Below the pieces are notes generated by a model, which saw nothing but the letters and a program-made list of their open reading frames with translations, did not search any database and was not told the origin of the DNA. 54,596 bases of DNA from NCBI GenBank assembly GCA_016180085.1, contig JACPBX010000006.1, positions 1 through 54,596 of the forward strand. Reading direction: 5' to 3'. The translations under genes and the position numbers were made by a program. Position 1 is the stretch's first letter, and the number at the start of each line of letters is the position of its first letter. The stretch comes from Candidatus Woesearchaeota archaeon (GTDB lineage: Archaea > Nanobdellota > Nanobdellia > Woesearchaeales > UBA10216). Shown here one piece after another: positions 9,401 through 24,400 of this stretch.

Positions 9401-12400
9401 AGTGGAGGCATCTGTGCGGCACGTGGGATTCTGCTACTTTGTCCTTATACGTGAATGGCGTGTCAGAGTCCAGAGTTGCGCTTTCAGGCAACACGAACAC
9501 TCCAACCACTAATATTCGTATTGGTATTCGAGGCACTGACACTGGCGGGCATAACGGCCTTATCGACGAAGTCGCCATCTTCAACCGCTCCCTCTCCGCG
9601 CAGACAATCAGATACATCTACCAGAACGGCCTGCAGAAGTTCAGCACCCAGCGGCAGATTATGGACAACGCCCAGGGCGACTTCCAGAAGGGCTATTCCC
9701 AGGTTCTCAACACAACAAACCAGAGCGGGAACGTGACGCTGAAGCTTGCTCACGCTAATATTGATTCTCTCAAAAACACCACAGGCTACTGGCAGCTTGA
9801 GGGCAATGGTAACGACGCAAGTGGTTATGGCAATACTGGCACACTAACTAACCCTCCTGTTAACACCACCGGCAGGGTTGGGTGGGCGTTGAAATTTGAC
9901 GGCGTGGATGATTATGTGGATATCGGAGATTCTAACTCTCTTGATGCTTCTGCTGCTTTAACCGTCTCTGGTTGGTTCCGCATAGCAAGTGCCTGTACTT
10001 CGATCGAGGGCTTGATTACGAAGTGGGATTACCAGACTCAAGGGACATGGGTTATGGAAACACGCGGGAATGGGTGGGGATCTGGATGTGGTCTCTTGGC
10101 AGGAATTGCAGATGCGCTTACAGATGCCGGCGCAAATACTGGTTTTATAAATGCGCCAAGTCTTTCTCAAAATACTTGGTTCCATGCAGCTTTCGTATAC
10201 AGTGGGTCGGGATCTGCTAACGCCGACCGCCTCAAACTTTACATTAACGGAGCAGAACAAACTTTGACCTTCTCAGGGACCATACCGTCGAGTCTTACAA
10301 ACTCTGCGGCTACGGTTAAGATTGGAAGATGGGGCGGAACATTGGGTCGTTATCTCAACGGCACCATTGACGAGGTTATCATAGTAAACCGCAGCCTTAA
10401 CTCTTCAGAAATCCGCGAGCTTTACGAGCTCGGCCTCTACTCCGGCAACCTCACCTCCGAAATCAAGGACAACCGCAAGTTCTTCAGCAACGAGTCAGTC
10501 CTGCGCTGGAACGAGGGCGGTTCCAAAGGCGTTGGCAACGCCGGGGGGAACAATCCTTATTCTGTAGCTGCTTCTTATGGCGAGGAGCTTGAGCCTGACA
10601 GCAACAGCACTGTGCTGCTGATGCACTTCAACAATAATGAGACGCCGAACATTACCGATGCGACTGGCAAAACAGGTGGCGGGGCAAGGAACGGCGGGTT
10701 GAATTGCTCTGCCACCAACGGTCCTGACGGCGTGTGGGGGAAGTTCTATCACGCTTGCTCGTTTGATGGAGTGAATGATTACGTATCGGCGCCTGATTCG
10801 GACATCTTTACCTTCGCGAACAGGAGCTTTTCTGTTGAGGCCTGGGTTAACCCGACTTCCATTGACGCTTACGATATGGTTGTGGGCCATTGGAATAATG
10901 ACGCTAATCGTGAGTGGCTGTTCAGGTTTGGCGCCAGTTCTGATTTTGAGTTGAGGATTTTTGATGAAAGTCTGTTAGGTACAAGAGGCAGGGATACCAC
11001 GGCAACTATTCCTACTGGCGTGTGGACGCACGTTGCAGCCACTTACGATTCTTCCGTATCTGACCCTAACGCAGCCATTCGCATTTACATCAACGGCATT
11101 AGGGCGGACACCACTGACATTTCTCTTGGTGATTTTGCAGGAATGGAGAACCTTAATGGAAATCTGGAAATCGGATCAGTTACCGGGGACACTACCCGAA
11201 ACTTCACCGGCACCATCGACGAACTCGCCATCTACAACCGTTCCCTCTCAGCTTCCGAAGTCATGGCCCACTACCTCCAGGGAGCCCAGAACATCACGTT
11301 CCAGGTGAGGACTGGCGACACTAAAGGAGTTATCTATTTTGAGGATTTTGACCGGTGGGCTAACGGGACCAAAGTGAACAACCTTACTGGCTGGGTTGCG
11401 TCTGACTCTTCTACAACCCGAACTGAAATCGTTGATGGAGCCTTGAAGTTTGCAGATGCGACCACAGCTGCCGGCCCCGACACTAACTTTACAGGACTGC
11501 AGAACCTCACGGACTTCACGATTGAATTCAAGCTGCGCATTAACGGCACGCCTTCCGCTGACACCAACATTCTGCAGGTCAACAACGGCACCATGAACGC
11601 CGGAGTTAACATAATAGCGCTTACTTCCGGCGTCTGGGCAGGAACGAACTCACAGTCCCTTGGCGTCAGCTATTCCACCAACAGGTGGTACAGCTTCAGG
11701 ATTGACGTGAACGGCTCAGCTTCGGTTCCTTCATATGACGTTTACATCGACGGCGTTTTGGCCAAGGCCGCTGTCGCGATTGGGAACAATGCCACCACCT
11801 TCAGGTATATTACTCTGGCTGGCGACACTTCCCCGGTCATGGAAACGATTATCGATGACATACGCATAACCGCCCAGCCTTCCAAGGTTGACACCACCCA
11901 GCCCTTCGTTGACTGGTCCGAGTGGTCTGGTCCTGACTACACGCACTCCATTGAGGGCAGCCGCTCTGCCGCGAATGGCGCCATGGTGCTCGGCCTGGAC
12001 TTCAGCGAGATGCAGGGCAACAAGACTTACGACGAAACAGCCAACCTCAACAACGGCACCATTTCCGGCGCTGACTGGACATTCAAAGGCAAGCACGGCA
12101 GTGCGCTAGTGTTTGATGGGACGGATGATGTTGTCAGAATTACGGATTCCAGCACTTTGAACATTACCTCCAACTTTTCGCTTGAGTTGTGGTTTAATGT
12201 CAGAAATTTGAGCGGCGACGTCACTGTTATTTCAAAGGAGCCCGGCCAGGGTGGGTGGCACTGCGGTGTAAGGAGCGGTTCGATCAATGTTTTTTGCCAG
12301 ATCAGGGATACTGCCGGCACCAAGATTATTCCAAACATGACCACAACTCCAACTTTAAATGAATGGCACCATTTGGCTTTCGTCTATGACTATGCTGACA

Positions 12401-15400
12401 AAAGGGGAACCCTTTACTTGGATGGCATTCTTAGAAGCACGCACAGGGATACGGCCATAGACAATGCGCTTATCAATACTTCCAACATGGTTACAATAGG
12501 CTGCAGGGAGGCTTCTGGAGGAGTGTGCACATCTACCAGCCCCTTCAACGGCACCATCGACTCCGTTGCCATCTACAACCGCTCCCTTACCTCAGCAGAA
12601 ATCTGGCAGCACGCCCGTGACCGCTTCACGAACGCGTCTGGCGAAATCATTGGCGACACCAACCGATTCGTCCAGTACAAGGCCACTTTGGAGACCGAGG
12701 ACACCAACAGCAGCCCCACGTTGAGGGATGTGTGGATTGAGCCGGCAATTGCGCCAAAGGACATCGGCGTTTTCAAGAGCCAGAAGCAGGCAAACTACCG
12801 CAGCACAATCCTCAACTCTCCTGCCGGCCAGTCCAACCTAACAAATATAGGAGTAAACGGCAATAACAGCTACACCACCGACACCACTCCTCAGTTTAAC
12901 TTCACCGAGGGCCAGGACCCTGACTTCAACTACTTTAATGGCACAGTGGATGAGGGCGGGCCTGTCGCTTACTGGAGCTTTGATGCGAGGGAGCAGAATG
13001 CAACCCATGTTTACGATTTGGGCAAGGATAAGAATCACGGGCGGATGACTAATGGCGTAGTCTGCAATGTCACAAGCGCAAAGTCGGGCACGGCTTGCAG
13101 CTTTGACGTGGTGGATGATTATGTCAATGTGACTGATTCGGACAATTTGGACTTCGGTGCAGGCGACTTCACAATGATGGCATGGGCCAATCCTGTGGGT
13201 GCAACTGGTGGTGTTGATAAGACTGTATTGTGGAAAGCGAATGATGGAACCCCGGATTACAATGGCTACTACATGATATTTCGGAGTGGCAATGTGTTAT
13301 GTGGAATAGACGGTACTGGAGCCGGCAATAGTATCGAAATTATTGATCTCATCAACCATCTCGGCGGGGGTTGGGTTCATATTGCCTGTTCGGTTACCGG
13401 AGGAAGTTCAGCTGTGACGAGACTGTATGTTAACGGTGTTTTAGTGAACACTAGCGCCTCTACGAATATTGGAAGTGTAAGCAACGCTAATTCGTTAAAA
13501 ATTGGAGTAGGCAGGAACGGTGTCGAAGCTTACTTCAACGGCACAATAGATGAGTTGAGCCTCTGGAACCGCTCCCTCTCCGCTTCAGACATCAAATCCA
13601 TCTACGAGCGCGACAAAACTCGCTTCGAGCTCGTGGTTGCCAACAACACCGGCTTTGGCAAGGAGTATGTTGAGTATTCCCGCCTGGGCGTCAGCAACTT
13701 CAGCCAGCCCCGGGACTTCTCGCCATCAACAGTTGAGGACGACCCTTACACGTTGTTTGTGGAGCATTTTGAGAGCCTTGATAAGATTAGGGATAATGGC
13801 GGCACTGTCATTGGCAACGTCACTATAAGAGATGGGAAGTTTGGGAATGGAGCTGATTTGATGGGCAAGGAAAATTCCGGTGATAACGGCATAGGAATTC
13901 TTAACTATTCCGCTGTTGGCAACTTTGAGGCAGGAATCGGCTCAATTGAGTTCTGGGTTCGTCCCCAATGGAACAGCAATGATGACATAAACCATTTCTT
14001 CTTTGAAAGCGCTTCTGGCAATTATTGGATGAGGAAGAGCTTTGACAATGAGTTGCAGGCCGGCCTTCCGGGGTATAATACAAAGTATAACCTTGGCAGT
14101 GCATGGACTGCCGGGCAGTGGCATCACGTGGCAGTTTCCTGGAGCAACATGACAGGAATTGCCTCTTTGTTCCTCGATGGCGCCAGAGTGAACATTACTA
14201 CAACTGGTGTCGGCTCTTCTTCCCAACTGTCATTTATCGTGGGATCAACCTCGGACAAGCGCTTCTTCGCCAATTCAACGCTTGACGAATTCAGGATAAG
14301 CAGCATTGCCAGAACTGAATTTAACCTTATGAACCAAAGCACTTACACGCTCACCAGCACCGAAGCCCTCAGCAACGGCACCAAGTACTGGCGCGTCCGC
14401 ACAGTGGATGCTGACGATGACCGCTCCGAGCCCGGCGAGGAGGCAATAAGCCCGTGGAGCCAGTACTTCATTCTGAACATTGACCCGACTGCTCCCAGCA
14501 TCGTATTCAACTCCCCGCAAACCCCCGGCGATGGAAGCGTTACAAGCGGCACAGCCAATTCCGTAACAATCAACGCTACAGTTACTGACACGTTCTTCGA
14601 TGTTTGCAGGCTTGAGCTTTACAACAGCACAAACGCCAGCAGGACCAACACCACGATGACAGAGACTGCAGCTGGTGGCGACAGCACTTATTGCACAGCC
14701 ACGTTTGCTACCAATGACGGCCTGTCATACTACTACCGCGTCTTTGCAAACGACACTACAGGCATCACCACAGTTTCCAGCCAGCGCAGCTTCCGCGAGA
14801 ACGCGCCTGCGAACTTCTCGCCTTACGGTTTGGGCTCGGCGAGGAACGTCAGCCTGAACGCCAGTCGGATTGACCCCGCAACTGGCCAGCCGCAGTCGCT
14901 TATCCCGGGCACAAATACGCCTTCAACTTCACTTTACAAGCTCAGCCAACTAGTCGGCTTTGCAGAGAACTTCAGCGATGCTGACCGCGACTTTGAGGCC
15001 AACTCAACGTTCAAGTGGTATCGGAGGACAGAAGCAGCGAGGAAGGGCTTGGTCGGCTACTGGAAGCTGGACGGGAACGCGAATGATAGCTCAGGGCAGG
15101 GCAATCACGGTAATATTTCCGGAGCCACTCCCAACCAGAGCCAGAACTGCAGGATTGACGACTGCCTGTACTTTGACGGGAATGACGCTGTAAACATAAC
15201 AGACAGGGACAGTCTTGACATGGGCACTGGAGACGTCACCATAGAATTCTGGATAAACGCGCACAACTGGTCCAATGAGCAGTACCTCGTCAACAAGCTT
15301 GCCGGTTCCGGCGCGTCTGACTACGGCTACGGTTTTCAGCTTGTCAACGGGAAATTATACTTGTTTGTTGGGCAAAATACGGGCGCGCAGGACACGTCTA

Positions 15401-18400
15401 CCACCGGCATTTCATTTGTAAATGACACGTGGTATCACGTGGTGGGTGTCATTGAGTACAACAAGGCTGGAACTATTTACGTGAACGGCGTCAACTACAC
15501 CGACTCAAGTGACGCAATAACCAGCTGGTCAGACCTGAGCAATTCCAATAATCTGGTAATTGGAAGGCGGGCATGGGCATCAAGCTTCTTCTTCAACGGC
15601 TCCATCGACGAAGTCGCCATCTACAGCTACGCCAAATCCGCAGCCGATATTAAGGCCGATTACGACAATTCGCCTTACAAGGCCATGATTTACAGGGACG
15701 CTTTGGCTTACCTGCATTTTGACAGGGATTCGTGGCTTTCTGATGCTTCCGGTAGTGGCAACAGCGGCAACATGCTTAACTCAGGCGGCAACGCAACTAA
15801 TGTTACTGGCGTTATAGGGCAGGCTTTGGACTTTGACGGTGTTGATGATTCGGTTGAAATCTCTAATGAGGCGAAATTCGATTTCGAGAGGACTGATAAT
15901 TTTTCAATTTCCTTTTGGATGAAAAGGAGTAATTTAGACGACTCTGACGGCAATAACCAGTTCATACTCGGGAAGCAGCAGGCGCTTTCAAGCTGGAGAG
16001 GATATAGTCTGGCTCTAAGCGATAGCACCCCGGACGTACTCGTTTTCACTCTGGGCAACACGGCAGACACTAATAGCCTTGAGGTTCAGGCAAATAGGAG
16101 CCTTAGCTATAACGATTTGAATTGGCACCATATCGTTGTTACATACAGCGGAAATTCCTCGGCAAACGGGGTGAAAATTTATGTTGATGGGAAAACTGGT
16201 TTGCAGCGCAATGTTTTTGACACCTTAAGCGGCACTACCCTCAACAACGTGCCTTTGAAAATTGGCAACATAGCTGACAGGGCTAACGGCCACTTCAACG
16301 GCTCCATTGACGAATTGGCTATCTATAACCGCACTCTCAACGAGTCCGAGGTCAAGCAGCTCTACCTCCGCACGTGGTACGACCACTCCCCGCAGCAGTT
16401 CCTGCTCCACCCAAGCTACCCTGAAGAGCTTTCCAACAATACAGGCAACACGACTTTGCTGCTGCACTTCAACGACGGCACAGGCACAACAGCAGCTGAC
16501 AGCTCGCCTTATGGCAACAGCGGCAACGTTTCCGGCGCGTTCTTCACAAACGACTCTATTTCGGGGAGTGCGCTGAGCTTTGACGGGACTAATGATTACG
16601 TGAACGTGAGCGAAAAAGGCACAACATTTGGCATGAGCGATGGCACGTTCTCTGCGTGGGTTAAGTTTGCTAATCCGGATGGCAACACAGAAACGGTAGC
16701 TAGCATGTCGAGGGATAACGTGGGAGCAGATAACAGGTGGGCGTTGCAGAACGGCTCAGGCATTCAGTTGTTCTGGGACGTTAACAATGCCGATATTAGC
16801 GTTAATTCTGACATTGCGCCAAAGGCAAATAGATGGTACTACGTTGCCTATACTTTCGGAAGCGGGGGCCTGAAGCTGTATGTGGATGGCCAGCTGAAAG
16901 CATCCAATGCCAACACTGACGGGTGGGATGATGTTCCCGCTTCGGATAGAAACCCGTTAACTCTTGGGCGGGACTTTGATGGGTCCACTAATGGAAGGCA
17001 GTGGTTTGAAGGCGTTATGGACGAAGTCAAAATCGTCAACCGCTCCCTCTCAGCTGCAGAAATTGCCGCCGACTACCGCAAGGGCGCTGCTGGCGTTTTC
17101 GCCTCCAGCGACGGCGAAGCCCCAACCGCAGACCCGTACTCAACCGGAGCCAGGTGGCAGCCTGGGAGGTTTGTGGAGAATTTGAGCGCGGACAGCCCAG
17201 GCTCCAGTGGCAATGTTTCGCTTTACCTCCGGTTTGATGAGGGCTCTGGGACGACAGCGAATGACTTGAGCAACTATAACAATGATGGCACTGTCAGCGG
17301 CGCAGCGTGGGTTAATGATTCAGCTGGTGGTTATGCTCTGAAGTTCGATGGCGTAAATGACGATGTTCGCGTGGCCAACTCTGCAACTATAAACTTTACT
17401 TCAACCATCACTGCTGAGGCGTGGATAAAGAAAGACACTGTTGACGCTGATATAAGCGCTGACACAATAATTTCCAAGAATGATGTCGTAGAGTTTGAGC
17501 TTAACGGCGGAATGCCTGTGTGCAGCATATACACCTCACCTACTAGCACGGCTTCAAAAACAACTACTAACCTCAGCGTGAACAGGTGGTATCATATTGC
17601 CTGCACTTACGATGGAGCAAACATTAATGTCTATGTTGATGGTGCTCTCCTAAACCAAACAGCTAAGACAGGCACTCTCCAGCAAAAAGCGAATCCTATC
17701 ACCATTGGAGAGCATGCTAACGGTGATGGCGTTAACAGTTTCAACGGCACCATTGACGAACTCCGCATCATCAACAGAAGCCTGACGGCAGCAGAGGTCC
17801 TGGCCGACTACCGCAAGGCAGCCAAGGGGCTCGGCCTTTTGAAGAATAGCTACATAAACTACTCCGCAGCAGGCAACTTCAACGAGCGGGAAGGCACTGT
17901 TGAGTTTTGGGTGAAGCCGGAGTGGGACGCGACTACAATTGCCAACACTTACAGGTTCTTTGATACTACCGCAGCCACTGAGCTTTTGATTTCCAAGCAG
18001 GGCACTTCCAATGACATACTCATATTTGTTGATACTGTGCAGCGCCTGCGGTACCCTGCCGGAACTTGGCTTATGGGCGCCTGGCACCACGTGGCTGTGA
18101 CTTGGAACAATTACACCAGCAACATGACGCTGCATATTGACGGCGCTCAGGTAAACAATTCCAATGCCGCTTTTAAAATAGATTCAGGGGGAGGGTTTGT
18201 CCTTGGCGCAAACGGCATTGCCACTGATGACTATTGCAACTGCACCCTGTCCGAGTTCCGCATCAGCCGCAAAGCCCTCTCCGCGCAGGAAATCAACGAG
18301 AGCTTCAGCAAAAGCCGCCAATACTTCAGTAACGAAATCTTTCTCAACAACAGCAACTTCAACAAGTGGGACTCGTTTAAGCTTGGCTACAGCGTTGGCG

Positions 18401-21400
18401 ACGGATTTGAACTATCGCCGGAAATCAACAGCAGCAGCTATCTGACTGTTAATAATTCGCAGCCGAGCGAGCCGAGTGTGACTGACTTTGGAAGGGAAGG
18501 CATCTACGGCACTGCTGAAAGCGTTGCTGCGAATAGGGCCAGCAGCGTCACCCCGTTGAATGCCACCACCATGACAGCAATTAATATTACTTGGAATTCA
18601 GCAGCGGACAACGACACAAATGACGTGATTAACTACACCGTGCTTATCAACAACACCAGAGTCTGCGACACTACAGAGCTGAGCTGCAATACCACTCAGC
18701 TTCCGAGCTGGAACGGAGCTGCTGCTTTCTACATTTTCAACGTGACCGCTTTTGACCAGGAGTGGAACAGCACAACGACAACTTACGCGTTCATGTTTGA
18801 CAACACTACGCCAACGATGTCGGTTATTGCAACTACTGACGCGAATAACTCGTTCATAAACCGCACATGGAGCTTCATCAACCTGTCAGTTACTGAAGGC
18901 AGCGTTGACAGATTAATCCTCAATATCACGGGCCCGAGCTTTGCGGGAACCGGAGGCAACGGCGCTGCAGGCAGCGGCCGCAACATTTCGCTGTGGGACA
19001 AGGACTTGGTGGGAATGTGGCACTTTGAGGAGTCAAACGGCAGCACGACAGCCAATGACAGCTCAGGATTTGGCAATCACGGAACCGTTACCAACGTCAA
19101 CAGCAGCAACGCGTCAGTCATTTCTGGCTTTAACGCAAGCGGAAGGCTGGGTAGGGGGATGTCGTTTGACGGCTTGAATGATTATGTGAATGTAAGCTCT
19201 GCTACAGCGAGCTTGAACATCACTTCTTCAGTTACGGTTGAAGCATGGACTAGAATGGGCAATCAATCAGACAATGCAGGAATTGTCGGAAAAGGAGGTG
19301 TTGGGGGAGCCGCGCCAATTGGTCCTTTCAGCTTATGGAGATTTGCAAGTGACGGCGTGATATTCTTTGAAGTTGGGAACGGAACAGCCAGAAACACAGA
19401 TGCAAATTTCCAGCCAACCAACGGAGTCTGGACGCACATTGTTGGCGTGTACAACACGACGCACACAATGCTGTACAAGGATGGCGCGTTGGTTTCAGGT
19501 CCGAATGCGATAGCTTTCGCTTCATTATTAAGCAGTACCGGCAGTACACATGACCTGCTTATCGGAAGAGGAATAAATGTGGATCTCGAATTCAACGGCA
19601 CCATTGACGAGGTCAAGATGTGGCGCCGCGCCTTGTCAGCAGAGGAAATCAGCGCTGAGTACAACCGCACAGCAAGCAACTACCTTGTCAGCCGCATTGC
19701 CAGCGGAGCAGCAGCCCACACGTTCAGCCTGAACATGACCAATCTCACCAACGGCAACTATTCATACTTCGTATGGGTTAACGACAGCAGCGGCGCGGTA
19801 GCGGCAACAACGGCTACGGTTGCTAACTCAGGGGTTGGCCAGAGGGAGTTCAAGGTTGACCTGATACCGCCGGCAATTAGTTTGATTGCCAACACTCCTG
19901 CCAATCAGAGTGTTCTCAGCACCAGCTACATTTTCATCAACACTAGTGAGAATGATGCTGGCAACGACCACAACGAGCTTTCAGCCTTTATTGACTTCAA
20001 TAATTCGCTGGTTGGGTATTGGAGGTTTGAGGACGATGGGGATACGAACGCGAGTGACTTTACGAGTAACAACAATAACGGCACTTTGGTTGGGTTTGGC
20101 TGCACTAGCCTTAACTGCAACCTGGGCTCAGGATGGACTTCTGCCGGGAAACGCGGAAAAGCCATAATGTTCGACGGAGCCAACGATTACGTGTCAACAA
20201 GCACATCGTTTGACCCGCTCGGCGCCAATAACTATACGGTTGCCTTATGGTTTAACATGAATGTTTCCAACAGCGGCAGGCTTTTCAGTCAGGGAAACAA
20301 CTCGGCAGGCGTAACTGACAAAGTTATTTTTTCGACCGACATCGACAACGTGGATTACCAGTACAAGAACGCCTCAAACGGCAACGCTTTCGAAGGCAAT
20401 CCCTCGACGAGGGGCTCAACCTCCCTGCAGGCAGGTAGGTGGTATCACCTGGCTGTTACCAAGAGTGGAGCTTCTTTCACTGCCTACATTAACGGCAACG
20501 TGGACTTGGCCACTAAGACGTTGAGAACAGGGGACCAGTTGATAACGAACACGCAGACGTTTGGAGCGCAGATCATGTCATCGGTATCAGCGTTCTTCAA
20601 CGGCAGCATTGATGAAGTTCAGATTTGGAACCGCGCATTAAGCACTACGGAGATTAATGCAAGCTATTCTGCAGGTGCTTACCGTCTTTCCCGCAACTTC
20701 ACAGGCTTGAATGACGGCAACTACAGCTACCGCGCTTATGTGGTGGACGCTGCCGGCAGCATGAACGTGACTGAGAACAGGTCGTTTACTGTTGATACTA
20801 CTGCGCCGAGCATCAGCTTTATTGCGACTACTGATGCTAATGCTTCTTTCCTCAACCGCAGCTATACAATCGTTAATGTTTCGACTACTGAGACCAGTGA
20901 GCACAGCGTGTTTGTTGACTTTAACCGCTCGCTGGTTGGTTATTGGAGGTTTGAGGACGATGGGGATACGAACGCGAGTGACTTTACGAGTAATAACAAT
21001 AACGGCACGCTAATAGGATTTGGCTGCACAACGGCTGACTGCAACCTCACTGGCGGGGCTGCTGGCGTGGCTTCTGGGTTTGTGAGCAGTGGCAAGAGGG
21101 GCAAGGCGATGGCGCTTGACGGCGTAGATGATTATGTGAACATAAGTAATGTTGGCTCTGATGTATACACTATCAGTTTCTGGATGAAGCCTGCTGTTAC
21201 GATTGCAAGCTCATCTTCCATTATGGGAGTTATGCGAATAGAATCGCCGTTTCCAACTGCGCTTTTTTCCGGAGACTATACGGGTGGTTTGGCAGATGAA
21301 ACACTGGGGCTTCATAAGGGTGAAAGCGGGAATAAGAAAACAACGGCAATTGTCAGTTACACATTCAACGCTGGGACGTGGTACTACATCGCTATTGCTT

Positions 21401-24400
21401 GGAATTCCGGAGCAAGCAGGTATGATTTTTACGTAAATGGCGCTGCCCAGACCGTGTCTTCTGGCGACACCGGGCATGTTGCCTTAATGAAAGCCAATGA
21501 TACTCAAATAGGGCTGAGCAGTAGCGGCTCCACTGCTTTCTTCAACGGCTCGTTTGATGAGGTTATGATTTGGAACCGCATCCTGAATGAATCAGAGATT
21601 AACGCTTCTTACCAGGCTGGCACTTATCGTTACACTAAGAACTTTACCGGCTTGAATGACGGTAATTATAGTTATTATGCTGCGGTTGTTGACTCCGCCG
21701 GCACTCTTGTGCAGACTGTGAACAGGACTGTTCATGTTGATACTGTTCCACCTGCCATCAGCTTTATTGCCAATACTCCCGCCAACCAGAGCGTTCTTAG
21801 CACCAGCTACATTTTCATCAACACCAGTGAGAATGATGCCGGCAACGACCATAACGAATTGTCAGCGTTTATAGACTTTAACAGTTCGTTGGTGGGGTAT
21901 TGGAGGTTTGAGGATGATGGTGATACGAACGCAACAGACTTTACCCGCAATAACAACAACGGCTCATTGTTTGGGTTTGGCTGCACTAGCCTTAACTGCA
22001 ACCTGACAGGCGGAGCTGCAGGAGTGGCTTCAGGTTGGACTTCTGCTGGCAAGAGGGGTAAGGCGATGGCCTTTGATGGCGTGGATGATGCGATTAACGT
22101 AAGCGACAGCAACAGTTTGGATGTTAATGGGAGCAGCATGACTGGCGAGGCATGGGTGTACTTTAACTCTTTGTTGCCTTCCAGTTCCACCTGGGGCATT
22201 TTTGTCAAGAATGACGTTTCGGACAGCGGCTACCAGTTCAACGTTAAGGACATTAACGGCGGGGGGACTTATCCTTCTGTGGTAATGGGAACGGGTGCCG
22301 AGGCTGAAGTGAGCAGTTCTACATTGTTGTCTGCCAACAGGTGGTATCATCTGGCGTTTACGTACAACCTTACGAATATCACTATTTTTGTTGATGGTGT
22401 CCAGACTAATACTTCTAGCGTCAATGTGCCGCGTTCTATTCCTGCTACGACGGCGCTCTTGAGGATTGGCCGAAGAGGACTTGCATGGAACGGCTCCCTT
22501 GACGAGGTCAAAATCTGGAGCAGGGCCCTGTCCCCTGCTGAAATCAACGCTTCCTACCAGGCTGGCGCTTACAGGCTGTTTAGGAACTTTACGGGTCTCA
22601 ACGATGGTAATTATTCTTACCGCGCTTATGTTGTTGACGCTGCCGGTAACATGAACGTGACTGATAACAGGACTTTTGCTGTTGATACCGTTGCCCCGGC
22701 GATTGCTTACATTGAGCCTACTGTTGCCAACAACACTTTTGTGAATAAGAGCTGGACAGTCATCAACACGTCAGTTTCTGAGTCTGGAGAGAGCAGCGCG
22801 TTCATCAACTTCAACAACTCACTGGTCGGCTACTGGAGGTTTGAGGACGATGGGGATACGAACGCGAGTGACTTTACGAGTAACAACAATAACGGCACTT
22901 TGGTTGGGTTTGGCTGCACTACGGCTGACTGCAACCTGACTGGAGGAGCTGGCGGTGTTGCGTCTGGCTGGACTTCTGCAGGGAAGCGTGGCAAGGCTTT
23001 AGCGTTTGACGGCGTTGGCGATTATGTTAATGTTTCACATTCAAGCAGCTTAAGTTTGAATAGTGTAACTATCGAAGCTTGGATTCTTCCAAACGTGGTA
23101 GCAACTGCTGAAATTTTGTGCAAGAGCGTTAGCGACACAAATGAGAATTACAGGCTAACCCAAGCCGGCACCACTGTATATTGGGATTACGGGGACGGTA
23201 GTACGTATGCTCAATCAGTTAGCAACAGCCTGCCAACTGCGAATAGGTGGTACCATATTGCAGTTACGGCTTCTGCCGGTTCTGCTGGTAGGATTTTTAT
23301 CGATGGTGTCGAGGCAAGTTACTCAAATCAGGCTGTGGCACCAAGCCCTCTTCTTACGAATACGGAGGCCATTGACATTGGAGGCTGCCGTTACCTTTCT
23401 CGCTACTTCAACGGCACCATTGACGAGGCTCAAATCTGGAACCGCGCTTTGGACGCCCAGGAAATCAAAGCTTCCTTCCAGGCTGGCCAGTACAGGCTTT
23501 TCAGGAACTTTTCCGGCCTGAGCGATACCAATTACAGCTTCAACGTGACTGTTGTTGACTGGGCTGGGAACCTGTTCACTAATGAAACTAGGCTGGTTGT
23601 TGTTGATACTACCTTGCCGCTGATTAGCTTTGGCTTGGGCTCTGATGCGAATGGCACCAGCTTGGCAAGGAATTACATTCATTTGAACGTTACTGTTGAT
23701 GAGCTTAACCCGAGGAACCTGACTGCTTTCCTGTTCAGCGGGGCAACCATCAGCGCTTCCCAGAATGTTTCTGCTAACAAGACTTCAAGCTTCAACAACG
23801 TTACTTTCCTTTCTGTTGCTGATGGTTATTACAACGTTTCTGTCTCGGTGAGGGATTTGGCTGATAATGTGAACTCTACTCCTGCGAATAGGAGCTTTAC
23901 CGTGGATACTACGCAGCCCTTGATTGATAACGGCACTGGCATTAACGCCCCTGGTTTTAGGAATGTGAATTGGGCTTTCTTGAACTATTCCTTTACTGAG
24001 GTGAACAACGACACGGTTTACATAAGGAACGGCAGCGGAGGCGTGGTTACCAATACTACTCCTGGCCAGAACGCTTCGTACTTCTGGTTCAACTTCACCA
24101 GCTTGGACAATGCCAACTACACGTTTTCTGGCTGGATTAATGACACGGCAGGGAGGGTTAACTTCACAACCAACACGTCCATTGTTGTAGACACTGTTTT
24201 CCCGACTGTTGATTTCGGCCTTGGAAGCGATGTTAATGGCAGCAGTGTGGCTCGTAATTACATACACTTGAACATTACTGTTACTGAGCTTTACGGGCAC
24301 AACCTTACGGTTTCCCTGTTCAGCGGCACCACCCTCGCGGCTCTGCAGAACGTGAGTGTGAACACAACGCCCAAGTTCAATAACGTCACCTTCCTCAGCG

